64,000 nucleotides of DNA from Phoronis australis (Eukaryota > Animalia > Phoronida), in assembly GCA_002633005.1 (NCBI GenBank), contig NMRA01000386.1:196058-260057 (forward strand), read 5' to 3'. The stretch's first letter is position 1, and the number at the start of each line of letters is the position of its first letter. The position numbers were made by a program, and so were the translations under genes. The notes under the pieces were generated by a model, which saw nothing but the letters and a program-made list of their open reading frames with translations, had not been told where the DNA came from and did not search any database. Below, in pieces: positions 1-25,700 of the stretch.

Positions 1-292
1 TGATTTGAATAAAATACATCCAAACAGCAATACCTTGAAGATATTATTGCAATTTAACATACTTGGACCTTGCAAATTACACTTTAAGACGAAGTCCAAC
101 GTCTACTGCAAGTGGAGTCTAAACATTGAGTAGACATTAATTTTCTTTACTTATCAACACAACTGTTTCACATACCGCAGTTACAATATATTCATACAAA
201 TATCCATGTAATCAATCAGACTTGGTCTTTCATTAATAAATCACTCCTTTCTATTTTATTTACAATGTAATATTTCAGACAAATGTACAGAC

Positions 293-13866
<13,574 letters not shown>

Positions 13867-15369
13867 CTTTTGAGATATGGTGCGCTAGGTGTTTTCGGTA
13901 TGGTTAAATATACTTACAGCGTGTGTGACGTCAATTCATTTAGGTGGATCAAGCAGTCAATACTGATACGTGCGATTCAGCACAAATTCACCTACAAATG
14001 TTTTCCTATAACCCCATGTTGTCGTCAAGGTGACCCAATGCCGTCATAGTTATGTAGCATTCCTTCTAATTTCGATTCTGAATATGATAACTACAATTAA
14101 CGTATTTCGTGGAAGCAGGACTGTCAAGACACGTGAACTTTGATTTTTGTATTCCAACGGGAACTTAAATGTGCCATGTTCAATAAGTTGATCAGTTACC
14201 AAAATTACATTGGATACGCGGAAACTGGGAAAGTTGCTGCTAATATTTGGTAATACACTGCAGGCGGCCATTTTGCTTAGGGCGCTCCACAGCACCTATA
14301 CTTGGCGGGAGGAAGCAAGCTATAAGTTTGAAAATGATCGAAGAGCTGGTTGTAAATATTATTTTTCGAAACTTATGAAACACACAGAATAAGAAATAGG
14401 TCTGAAACAGCTGATCCACTTTTTAAACACAGTGAGCACCTAATCTATGTCCGTGTTGTTTGGGGAGGTTTAGTTTTATATTAATTGATCAAAAACAAGG
14501 CACAGCCGGTGAACCAAATGATAAATAAGTCGAAGCATTTTATTATTCTTTACGTACATGACATCATGGCCACAAGCACGAATACCTGTTTAACGTAGAC
14601 CGGAAAAATCGGTTTATACTAAAGTAGTTGTCAATAGGATTTAAAACCAAATCCTTGTCGCAATAACTCATAACCATTGTTAGATTTTAATTTGGTAGTA
14701 TAATTTGTCACAACAATCTTGTTTAATAGTTTTAAAACCCTTTCCAACTGTACTTTAGAGAACCTACGTGGCCGGAACTGCTCCTAGTACTAAAGCTTCT
14801 TGGCATTTTTATAAAAGTGCAAAATTTGTTTTAAAGTTTGATTTCAATGCAACAACATTAATATCATTTTGAGGAACCAATTTAACTTTGTGGCCTAACC
14901 GTCTTATGCTGCATGTCGTCCTGTTCAGCCGGCTAAAACATAAAAATTTGGCTGTCAACTTTCGTAAATCGGTCTCACAATATTCCTTAGACTGATAAGA
15001 CTCTACTCCAGATAACAAGAATATCGAAATCATCAGCAACTTAAGAAAACGCTTCACAGTTCATTGAAGTTGGTCAATGCTAAAATGGCAAATTCGAAAA
15101 TGGCGCATGTACATGTAAATGTACGCATTTCCTGTGACGTGAGTTAATAACGGAAGTAGACCGGGACTTTACCTCGGGAAACCATAAAGATGCATCATTA
15201 TGCCGCTTTAAGAGACTGAAAGGCCTAATTCGATTTGTTTGTTTTATATTCAGTAAGGCGAAATGCAGTTTTAAACCTATTTTAATTTTGTAGTAAATTC
15301 ATCTAAACAAGCACGGGCGGAGCCCAGCTTTATAGTTCACATTGGGGTAACCATTCAAACCGATATCGA

Positions 15370-16720
15370 TGTAAGTTCATGTATCTTCTGCAGTGTACGA
15401 TGACAATTCATACTAAGGGGTCCCTGCTTTGTTATTGCTTTCTGAATACGAGATGGAACTGGTGAAAAATCTTATATGTTATAAATGCAGGTCCCGCATA
15501 GACTGGATCAACGATCGAACGCGCACCATAGAAAATGTTGTAAATGTTAATGACACTGTCAGAGTGGTCTCTGCTTTTGGTGTGAGCCTGACACCAAACA
15601 GCGAAAGACTGAATGGTCGCAGGTTTCGTTTTCGATTAAACAGGATCACCTGTGATTTTCTGGCATTGAGTTTAATACGCCAAATGGAGCACCAGTCCTC
15701 CAGTTTTGATAGTCTCTTGTTTGTCACCTGTTCAGAACCCAAGATCGTCGGCTACCTGGGATACCTGAACTTTGTCTCTTGGGAGGTCGTCGACATATAT
15801 CAGGAATAGTTACGGAGTGATGACAAACCCCTGGGGAGTGCAGGCTCTCAATTCCACAGGTTGTGAGATTGACTGTAGGCCTACTTGTCTAACCGAGATA
15901 CATCTGTCTCTCAGAAAGATGACTAAAGTTTGACCATTTTTCTCTGGTAGACCAATATTTGAGAGTTTGTCTCGCAGGCCGCCATGCTATACGGAGTCTG
16001 CTGAAATCGGTCAATGGGGATGTTCGGTTCTTTCACGTTTTTTTATCTATATCCTCTCTGCCAGCAGTTAAAGTTAGAGTGATTCGTGAGGATGCGCCTA
16101 TGCACGACATCAGACTGATTGGGCGGTAAGCCTAGTGGGCCGGGTCAGAGTGGTCTGTGTCTGGTTTGGGTATCGTGACACCCAGTGCGCATTTCCACAC
16201 TTTGGGAAAGTGGGTGATAACAAGACACACCTGTTGAAGATTTCGGCTAATTTCTCGGGGAGAGATATCGGACAAAACGTTGTAGAAGATGGGATGACTG
16301 ACTGTTGTATTTCTTGCATTTAAAGAGTGAGTGTTTGTATAACCTCAGTCGGGGATCTTTCAACAAGCATTTCGTGATCATCACCGCATCCCTGAGTGAT
16401 TGTGCCGAGGGTATTGAACAGGTTTGCTTTTCGGAGCACTGTGTTGTCTTGGAAGCGTTTTGTCACTTTCCAAACTAAAGATCTTGCTCTCGTGTATTTG
16501 TATGTGTTCTCTCTAGGATTTGGCAAATATCGCAGTGGCCTTGTCTGGGTCGGAAGAAGCAGTTCTGTTGCCGTATATCAGTCAATTGACAATCGGCTAG
16601 AATACGCAAGTAAGGTTTTGAGCATACTTGCGAAATACTCGCCCTTACACGCGTGATTTTACAATATCTTGCGTGACATTGATTTTGGCTAGATTCTTTG
16701 TCTACGGAACGCATCATTGA
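15370..16720 (-). mobile_element. Degraded LINE reverse-transcriptase fragment
   Basis: Frameshifted RT motifs LRDKLSNIGLPEK, QPVELRACTPQG, LFLIYVDDLP and LEDWCSIWRIKLNARKSQVILF; boundaries approximate. Confidence 0.8.
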
Positions 16721-17559
16721 TATGCATGGATACGTGAAATATAGAATGCCAGGCGAATCCGACAGATATAGTTTGAGTTGTCAGTAAACAAGGCATTAGG
16801 CGCTAATACAGAAATAATGCATTACGAAGCCTGATGATAGGATCTCGAATCTGATTTTGAAATGCTGAAAACAATCCGATTTTATTCGAAGCTGACTAAT
16901 AATCACATCAAATGACAGACAGTTTTAATACTTAGTATTTTAAAGACGTGCTTGTAAATTGCCTGTTTTAATTAGATCTTCCTTTAAACAAAATTAAACC
17001 ACAAAGCCTTGTCAACATGTTGTTCATTCGTACAGTGTATCCTATCGCCGAGTTGTATTCTCTGTTTCATATGGTGAAGCCGGGAACACGACGCCACGAT
17101 TGTTAAATTTGAAGTATCTATATTACTTGGATGAACTAAAAATTTAAAAATCAATTTCGTCGTTCGTCTTATTGTAAACTTTGAGCGAATAACTCACTTG
17201 GGTGAGAAAATAGCCGGACTCCCTTAACGGTGAGTGTTGAAGTTGTCCCTTCTTCAAAGGAAATTGCACCATTTTGCAGTGGCTTTAAATTACAAAATGT
17301 TGGTTGTCTAATAAACTAATATCCCATTTTAATATGAGAATGCCAAAAGCAAATCAGAGCTATTGTTTTTAATATTTCTAAGATCTTTTTAAAGTGTTGC
17401 CTCCAGACACTGAAGACAGGCGAAAAGTACAGGCACTTTCCACTAAGGTGAAAAGTATTTGCCATCCTGGAGAAAAGTAACTTTCCAACCGAGTGAAAGA
17501 AGGCGCTACTTGTATGGCTAGTTTTGTAGGACCATGTCTCAGTCTGTGTATTTAGCCAT

Positions 17560-18290
17560 TCATATACAGAACTTAAGATATTAACTTAGTGAAAGTATAT
17601 ATTTCTGAAAGTAGATGTCTGTAGTATTTGATTTTTACTTCTACTGATCTGTCATTAATTGGGTCATGTGACCATGGCTTTTGGTAAAATTTAAGACAAA
17701 AGAAAAGTGCGTTCATAGCAAAACAACGTGACCAACATGTATTTGATAAAAATCTTCAAGATGAAATTTCAAAAACGCTGTTTAAGTTTTCTATTTTTTT
17801 AATGATAGAATCTTATTCAAAAGTAGATCATTTTACAAACGATTCGTAACTTTTTTAAAAAAACAAAGCATCAAGCTTAGTTTCTTGAAAGGTTCATATG
17901 AATCCGATCAATCATAACTGACATATGGTGTTCCAAAGTTAGCCAAATTTGGATTTTTTCTAGGGTCCTTTGTAGTCTGAATGTCGTAGAAAGAACATCT
18001 TGTAATGGAAAGCCACCCAGTGACATTCTTTCGCACATATGGCAGTATCGCCTAAACCCCTTGAAAGACATTTTTGAAATTTTGCAATTGTATTTACAGA
18101 TGGATGGATTCGACTACTGCTGTGGTTCGTAATGGCAATTTTTGTTGTTTTTTTACGTTTGCTTTTGTATCTTTGGAGTTCTTTGACAGATTTTAACAAA
18201 TTTGACAAATAATTTTTAGAAACGACGACACCTTTCCATTTTTGTATGGGTTCAAGGTATTCTGCGCCATCTAGTGGCCATTTGATGATA
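17560..18290. repeat. Unclassified dispersed repeat family; other copies ~29330-29760 (+) and ~51200-51560, ~55380-55700, ~59500-59830 (-)
   Basis: Shared block atctg(t/c)cattaattgggtca(t/c)gtgaccatg or its reverse complement in all copies; ttttgcatgaggggctat shared at 51221 and 59521; gcgccatcta(g/t)tg(g/a)ccattt shared at 18264 and 29731. Confidence 0.65.
18263..18280 (-). promoter_or_regulatory. CTCF-like motif TGGCCACTAGATGGCGCA
   Basis: Matches the CCASYAGRKGGCR core consensus; lies between the astacin and solute-binding genes. Confidence 0.45.
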
Positions 18291-18630
18291 TAAACTAACA
18301 CCTCTAGAAGCACACCGTTTGCGGTGCAGTTGTGGACGCATTTCAATGCTCCGCGTTGCTCTTGTAAATGGTGATAATGATATTATTATCTTGGAGTGTA
18401 TGTCGTGTCCATTTTGTTCACGCTTCATTTAATGTAGCATTTCGCCCTGTTAAACTGGCTAAAAACTAAAATCCAATTAGGCTTTTTACTCTCATACGAT
18501 GTATTCCATAATATTTCTTGTCGTAATAGGATTAGATCTCATAACCTTCAACCTGTCAAAGTTTATTGCGAATCCGAAAATGTCGCACCTACGCATTGCT
18601 ATGACTTGAATTGTCGGCTAATTTTTCAAC

Positions 18631-18795
18631 AATTGACCTGTTGCAAACTCCACCAACTTGGGTAATGTCGGCAAATAAACAATAAGTTTTACCCGGCAAC
18701 GTGTTGTCGGCTAAAATAGCGGCTTGGAAACGAAGGTGTGTTAAGAATGATTGGTCGGTTAAGCCGTCACTCAAACTCCTGGTAATAGGTCAATT
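18631..18795. mobile_element. MITE, inverted relative of 11717-11892
   Basis: aattgacctgttgcaaactccacc ... actcctggtaataggtcaatt. Confidence 0.65.
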
Positions 18796-19070
18796 TCAAA
18801 ATCGGATGAGCTTGGTGATGCTTCTAAACCCAAAGCGTTCTGGTTGAGAATTCAACATTGACGGCTAAACAACGACAAAATGCCCCTTTAAACCCTTCAC
18901 CCCGCGGTCATAAATGCTGGAATTCGGTTACCAACAGTTTTGGTATGATATATTAGTACTTCTTCAAAGTTTTTGTGTGACGTCATCAGTGGATGCCATT
19001 TTCGACATTGTGTTGTTCTACACCAACTGCGAGGTGTACTGTTCGAGAAAACTGAGCTCGACTGAGCATT

Positions 19071-19195
19071 ATGAGAAGTTGCATAAGCGGAGGATGCATC
19101 GATAATAGTCGGATGGACAATATTTCAATTTTTGCTTTTCCAAAAGACCCCAACATCGCCCAGAAATGGCACAAGTTAGTGCGCGCACCCAGCCT
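19071..19195 (+). mobile_element. THAP zinc-finger N-terminal fragment (DNA-transposon remnant)
   Basis: MRSCISGGCIDNSRMDNISIFAFPKDPNIAQKW fits the THAP pattern MxxCxxxGC...FPKD...KW; the C-terminal CxxHF is missing. Confidence 0.7.
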
Positions 19196-19721
19196 AAAAA
19201 CAAACGATGTGATTTCAATTTCTGTATTTCTAAACTGTTATTGGTCAATTCCTCCTTATCTTATTTCATGGGTTAGTTTTGAGATCAAAATAATTTCGAG
19301 TATGGAAATGAAACACCAGGATTTATGTGTTCATACTGCACGTCACACCATCTACGAAAAACAAGACGTGATGTGTCGTGTTCCACCGTGACGTGAACTT
19401 GGAATTTAAATCATTGATTCAAAAAGATTAAACTCAAATCTTCATAAAGTTTTATTATTGAACATTATTACATGACGAATAACATTTATCTGTACAGTAA
19501 TATGTAGTTTATAAAATCAAGACTTGAAACACATATTATAAACTCTCACAACCAAGGCAGTTTACACTCTGGGATAATTTCTAAAAACCTTCGAACTATG
19601 GCGTTAGTTTCAAAACGACAGCGGTCTGCTGGCGTTTTTGCTACGGGAGTCCAATCTCGTTTCAAATGGATGCACAGAACGGTTCCTTGTTCAGAACACA
19701 GAAAGATTTTCTTTGCTTATA

Positions 19722-19753
19722 TCAGTTGACGCACTCAATAATTCCTCGTCCAT
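19722..19753 (-). CDS. SBP3-like terminal exon (probable)
   Basis: ttttgcttggttacag acceptor; (D)GRGIIECVN*; AATAAA about 270 nt downstream. Confidence 0.65.
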
Positions 19754-22700
19754 CTGTAACCAAGCAAAATGTACAGAAACACAGAGAAAGTACGGCTGCT
19801 CTATAGGCAGTGTTCACTGTGCCATTTCATGAATTACTTTCACAAGCACATTGAGTTAGTACAGTGTAACGTGTACACGGAAACTGACGAATGCTTCATA
19901 TCGAATGGCCTCCGGAGTTTCCTTCGGAGATGAACGTTGTCAGTCCATGTGTCACGGTGGACTTCGTCCTCACGGCAACGTCGTATGAATTTCAAGCTGG
20001 GAAATTACTGGCTGCATGTCTGAAGTTGACGCATGCTCAGACAACGTTCACCTCCGCGGAGAAATTTGAGGCTAGGAAAATACCCGCGGTTTTCCAAATG
20101 GACCGCGAATAAGCGACTTTGAAACACTTCAACAAAAGTGTGAACTCGAGTGCCGATTGGATAATCTGTTCAAGAACGTTACTATTCATCCTGTAACCAA
20201 GAGGATTTTGCTCTATTTTACTAAGTACGCAGACTTGTTAATAAGGTCATACATAAGTTTTAACAGGCGCGCGAAAAGAAAAGAATAAGCAAGACTGCTC
20301 ACCGCGCACTGCAGGTTCACTCATGAGATTCATTCGTCTACGGAATGTACGCCGGTTCTATCTAAAATTTAAGCTTGTGAAGAGGGTCAAAACCTTTGCA
20401 CGATGAATGTCGGAAAATGATGGGATCAAACAGTGTTTTTCTTATTTTCAGTCAACTTTGTTTTGTTTTGACGACCAGCAAACCCTCTTAAGCTTTCACA
20501 CAGTGCTTCGGCGAGTACATTTTGCGTTCTAATTGTATACAGTTCCCACTGCAGAAACTTAGGAGTAGATTTGTCATTTGCTCTAAGATTTTGCGCATCG
20601 TCTGTGTGTAAAATCCTCCAGAGGTCGCTTTGCCAATCGATTGTTTCTGGTGTCAAAACTAGAATTGTTTGCTTTCTGAATCAAATTCAGTGGAACTCTG
20701 TCTTTTAGATTTTTTACTGGAAAACAGGCGTTTGCACCAAAGCCAGTTTTAGTAACAAAAATAAGAAGTCTTGTACGTTTATTCCGAAACCAAGGAAATC
20801 GTGCCACTTTTGCTGAAGGTCGCTTTTGCACTGGTGCCATGAAGAAATCAAAAAATGTCTCTTAATGAATGTGCACCCACCCAGGCACGGTGCTCGTCTA
20901 GCACCAGGTGGGGTTCCGGCTATTATCCACTTGACGTCAGACCCAACTAAGAGGAGTCAAACAAGATAACGTCAAATCTGCGGAATTTCGAGAGCCCGCA
21001 TACAGAAAACGATAACGTTGGTGTTCCTGTGGAACTAAATTGGGTGCTTGTGAGGGTTACTGCTAGACATTGAAACAGAGGCAAAAGCTACATGTATCAT
21101 ATGCAATGTGCTGCACTGACCTTTTACGTGTTTATCTTTAGCTTCCTTGCATATTTTCCTGAATCGGCCGCTCGACATAAGCTTCGAAAGACCAACATTG
21201 AATAATTCAGGAAAATCACTATCCTTGCGCGACATCATGCCGTTTCCGCGGACTGTGCATTGATACGCCGGTCCTGAGGCCTTTTTTATTTCCTTTGTAT
21301 AACCCTGCATGTCACCGATTCCCGCCATTCCAGCGTCTATCTGGAATAAAACGTTAATTGATTTATTTCTTAATTCTTGCGTTAACCAATCATCCAAACA
21401 TCTTGACACAACGTTTAAAAGTTAGCAAGAGTCCGTAAAAGCAATTGATGCCGCATATACTCTCGAACCCAGATTATATTAGCCTTTAGTCTGACTGGTC
21501 TGGCTCTTGACTGGTCAATGAAAGATGAGGTCACCAGGTGTATCATATAAGCTAAACACAAAAATCATGCTTTTATAACCATAAAAGGACACTAAATCCT
21601 GTTTTAACGATTCAAAATAATTATCGTTCTGTCACCTGCTAATGCATCATTGGTGTTCCAAGTTAAAGGCAGAAATCAACTAAAAACTAATACTCCCTTT
21701 CTCAAAAATTGGATATTGTGGTCCTTGGTCGGTGATTATTTTCCTCGGATGCCGTGCAATTCTCTACAAGCGTAGCTCACGCTTGCTCGTTTAGCAGACT
21801 TTGTAAGGAGCTTTCAAATTTTCCTCCAAACTTTTGAAGATCGTCGAGGGCTACGGAGTATTATTTTGTTTCAGAGAACTGGTTGAGAAATTCGTTTAGT
21901 ATGTGCTAATAGGCCAAAACCGGGTTTGGCGTCCTTTTATCTGGCGTAACTTGAGCTATAATCCAGACGATAAGCTTGGGGATAAAATATATGATCACCA
22001 CGCCTACTGCTCACATGTAACTTGAACAGAACACCTTGATTTTCTACAACTGTGCCGCATATGTTATCGTAACTCATACAGGTTATCCTAGAAAACAGAA
22101 CAGCATGCATTTCAAATCATTGAGCAGCAGCTGTATATCAGAAAAAAGGAAATGAAAGAACTAAGAGGCAATTAGAAATGTTGAAATACGCTTACGAATT
22201 TGATCCTAGCTACGTAGGTTCGAAAACCAGACCGAATGCTCTCATTTTCGAGATTCATACCAGATAGGCAGTGACCACTGTCTCTAGCTGGCCCAGTAGA
22301 GACGGTGTAGCTCCTACAGGAGCTTCATACGTCGGAAGCTTTTCGGTGAATGACACCTTAGGATGCCGTCGGTGTGTTTAATTCTTTCCATCAAACTTTT
22401 TCTTCCAGCATTCCGTTCTTAGCCCAAAATCGGTAACTGGCTCTTTTTACACTGCGCAAGCCAAGGGATATGACGTCATACCACCTGTCGACCGCAGTGT
22501 TAAAATTAGCCAGTTTCCGATTTTCAAAAACTGAACGACGAACTGCTCGAAGAAAAAGTTTAACAACAGGAGTATTTGTTCGAGTTGGAAAGAATTAAAG
22601 GCATCGACGGCCTTCTAGGTTGTCCCTCTATGCACAAAGGTTACTTATAACAACGTGACTTTGGTTTATTAATCAGTGTGAGGCATAACTTGCCGAAAAG

Positions 22701-25700
22701 CTTACGGCGTATGAAGCTCCTATAGGAGCTTTACCGCTCTAATGGGTCAGCTAGAGACGGTGGTCACTGTCTACACACCAGATTGAAGTGAGTCTGGGTG
22801 CTGGACAATGTAGAAAAAAGAAGATGTCTAACCGATCTGTTCACTATGGCATACTTCAAATCTTTAGTCGTGAGGTAGTGCTTGATGTTGGTGGTTGGCA
22901 GAGTCTTATCCGTGTTGCGTTGCAGACATTTTTCATTGTACGCCCAACCGTCTAAGAAGCCTAGAGTAAGATTGTTAGAGAAGGTTTTTAATTCGATTTC
23001 TATCAAGTTCTTGGCTTCGCACAGAGGATCTCTGTGTTTTTATTTCACATAGTGTTTTGACCAGCGAACGTGGGCATAAGTTAGATTAGAGCAAATGTGG
23101 GTCAAATGGTGTATAGGGCCTAATATTGAAACACGCAGAACAAAACTATTGTTTCTTAATTCTCTAACAGACAAATTCATGTGAAGTAATGCATGGCTAT
23201 TTGACAGATACCTGCGAACGCGCACAAATACGCATTTCAAGACGTGCTTCATGGAAAGTGACTAAAGCTGAAGACAGAAACTCCAGCTACGAAAGCTGAA
23301 CCCATTTATGCAGGCTACACCGGCAAACCCGTATGGAACATGAATAGCAGGGAGTCGCGACGGTCTAGGACTGCCCAAGACCTTCTCAAGCGTAGGGAGA
23401 CATCCACCAGGTGGAATGAGGAGGTACGTGTAGACAAAGCATGGGTAGGATAGCGCACACAGGACCGTAAATTCGCCGCTGTTAGGGCAAATGATAACAC
23501 TACCCCGGAATCTTTCACAGCAGCGAGGACTGAGGGGAACAAAGCCACTGCAGAGTATAGGCTCGCGGCGTCTAAGACCGTGAATCAACAATGGAATGCA
23601 CTGTGCTGCAAGGCCAACTTCAGTGCCAAGGATTTCTGTCACTTCCACCGCGCCATCGACAAGAGCATATAAGCTCGCCGTCCGATGCTTTATGATGATG
23701 ACGACAACATCCTGAGAAGCGATGAGGAACAAGACAGGGCTTTTCCTGACCGGTTCATTCTACAGGGTGATCACAACGATAACCGATAGCCACAGGAGAA
23801 TCTTGTAACAAATTTACGGCGCCGGCCAGAATACAATCCTCTAGGACCTCCGGCTTTTCAGCAGTAAATCGTGACGAAACTGTGAAGGCTGGTTAAAGAT
23901 GACGATTGGGATTATTCATTCGGCAAACACTGATCAACGTCGAAAATGGCTCTGTTGAGGCAAAATATGAATGTTTACTGGGTCGGCTTCACTGAGTGGG
24001 TGAACCAAGGTCATCATTCGAGAAGCCGAAGGATTCATGTTCTTCTTGCGGCAGCTGGCAGGAAGGCAGAGGAGCGTCAGGCAGTAATGTTCTTCAAAAG
24101 CGTCACATTGTCTTTGGTAGATTATGCTGTTTCCATGATCCGCGTTAGCCAACTTAGCAGACTTGGCACAACACGGGCCTCTGCATCATTACTGGTTGCC
24201 CCCAGCTCAACACCAGCTGCATTGCGTCACCTGGTAGGTGTACCTAGCATCGCGGACCGCCGGACTAAGGTGCAACCTTTTCATGCAGTCATCATGAAAG
24301 AGCTTAAGACATTACTCCACAGGCAAGAGCACTCCTCAGGAACTTGTGCCCACGCCCTCCCACAACTTTGGTGTGACGTAGAATGTCTAGTTGCTCATGG
24401 GTATCTGCCGCAGTAGCTGGTGCTGTCACCACGGCTGGTCAGCATCGAATTGCCGACTCGTCAACGTGGTTTCAACTGGAGGACCAGCAGTTTTTTCAGT
24501 CTTCAACAGAGAGTGTATAAATTGGCCTGAGGGCGCCCCAGAAACGATGTGTCGTGAAATATATTCTGGGAGCTAAGTCGGGATGATGCCTTGATAATGG
24601 CCACCGACGGCTCCTTCTGTCAGGATACCAACCGAACTGGCTCGGGATACCTGATCCGCCATAATGATCTGACACTTGCAGAAGTTTGTGGCTACGATGA
24701 CGTCTGCAAGAGCAGCACACGTATGGAGTCCAACAAGCCCTTCTGTGCTTTTTGAGCTCTGCCCTGATGCGCCGACGATCACCTTGGCCACTGACTCGAT
24801 GTCTGTGGTGACTGGGGTCCGCTCTGGTCTGTTTCCATCCAACCGGCTCATCATAGTGCCCATTAAAACGTAATGTTAAACTTATGTCATGCCGGTGTTG
24901 TTGAGAATGAGCAAGCAGATCACCTCGCCAGCGAGGCTGCTATAACAATGCCACTGAAGTTGTATGCACCTGACGTCAAGCTACTTGACCGCAATATTGT
25001 GCTCCGCACAACAGAACAGGCGGGCAAATATTGCGAGGGCCTTTGCCTTCTGCGACAAGAGGTTCCCCTTATCCAGTCAGCTTCCAGCCACCGGAAATGT
25101 CCTCTGAGAAGACCTCACAGTCAGTTCACAACGGGAAGCATTACCCGCAATACCCTTCAGATTGTGCTCAGTGGGTGTACCTATGGTTACCTTTGCCCAA
25201 CGTCTTCTGTGAACCCACTCGTAGAAGGTAATTCAGGTAATTTGACTAGAAACGCGCCTGAGGCGAGAATTCGATAAAAATTGTCTGGAACCAATATAGA
25301 ATTTTACTGAAATTAAGGAAACAAACATACGCTCCACTCCAAGAATTGAAAGAAACGTTAACATTTAGTTCTCACGGTGGCCTGTGTGGTTTTGTTTGCG
25401 AATGCATTCGATTAATTAAGAGTACGTTTTTCGCAATGAATGCCAATACTTTCGACAAGTTTGGAAGGCCTTCGGAAAATTTCAGATTTCTGGAATCCTT
25501 GTTAAAACGAAAACTTGTGCAGCTCGGTTTTGTTTCACGAGAATTGACATTAGCCTTTAGACAGAAATTTAGTCTTGTGTTCCACGTAATTATATTTGAA
25601 AAATAGTTAAATCTCGATTGAGCAAAAATGCAAAGTCTCTGAGAATATACACATTGCTGATAGTTAATGAGATGAGTCCATAATTCTTTGACTAAACCTT

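Noticed and set aside
14809-15057. ORF MKRFLKLLMISIFLLSGVES resembling a signal peptide for the astacin
   Set aside because: GTG start and no suitable donor; an in-frame ATG exists at 13866.
20426-20840. Overlapping minus-strand ORFs with a vague TIR-like stretch (KQTILVLTPE)
   Set aside because: Short, frameshifted, intronic and without further motifs.
21035-21120. Read-through C-terminus of the SBP3-like gene shown in the ORF track
   Set aside because: A strong AG|GTCAGT donor and an in-phase terminal exon with polyA signal fit better.
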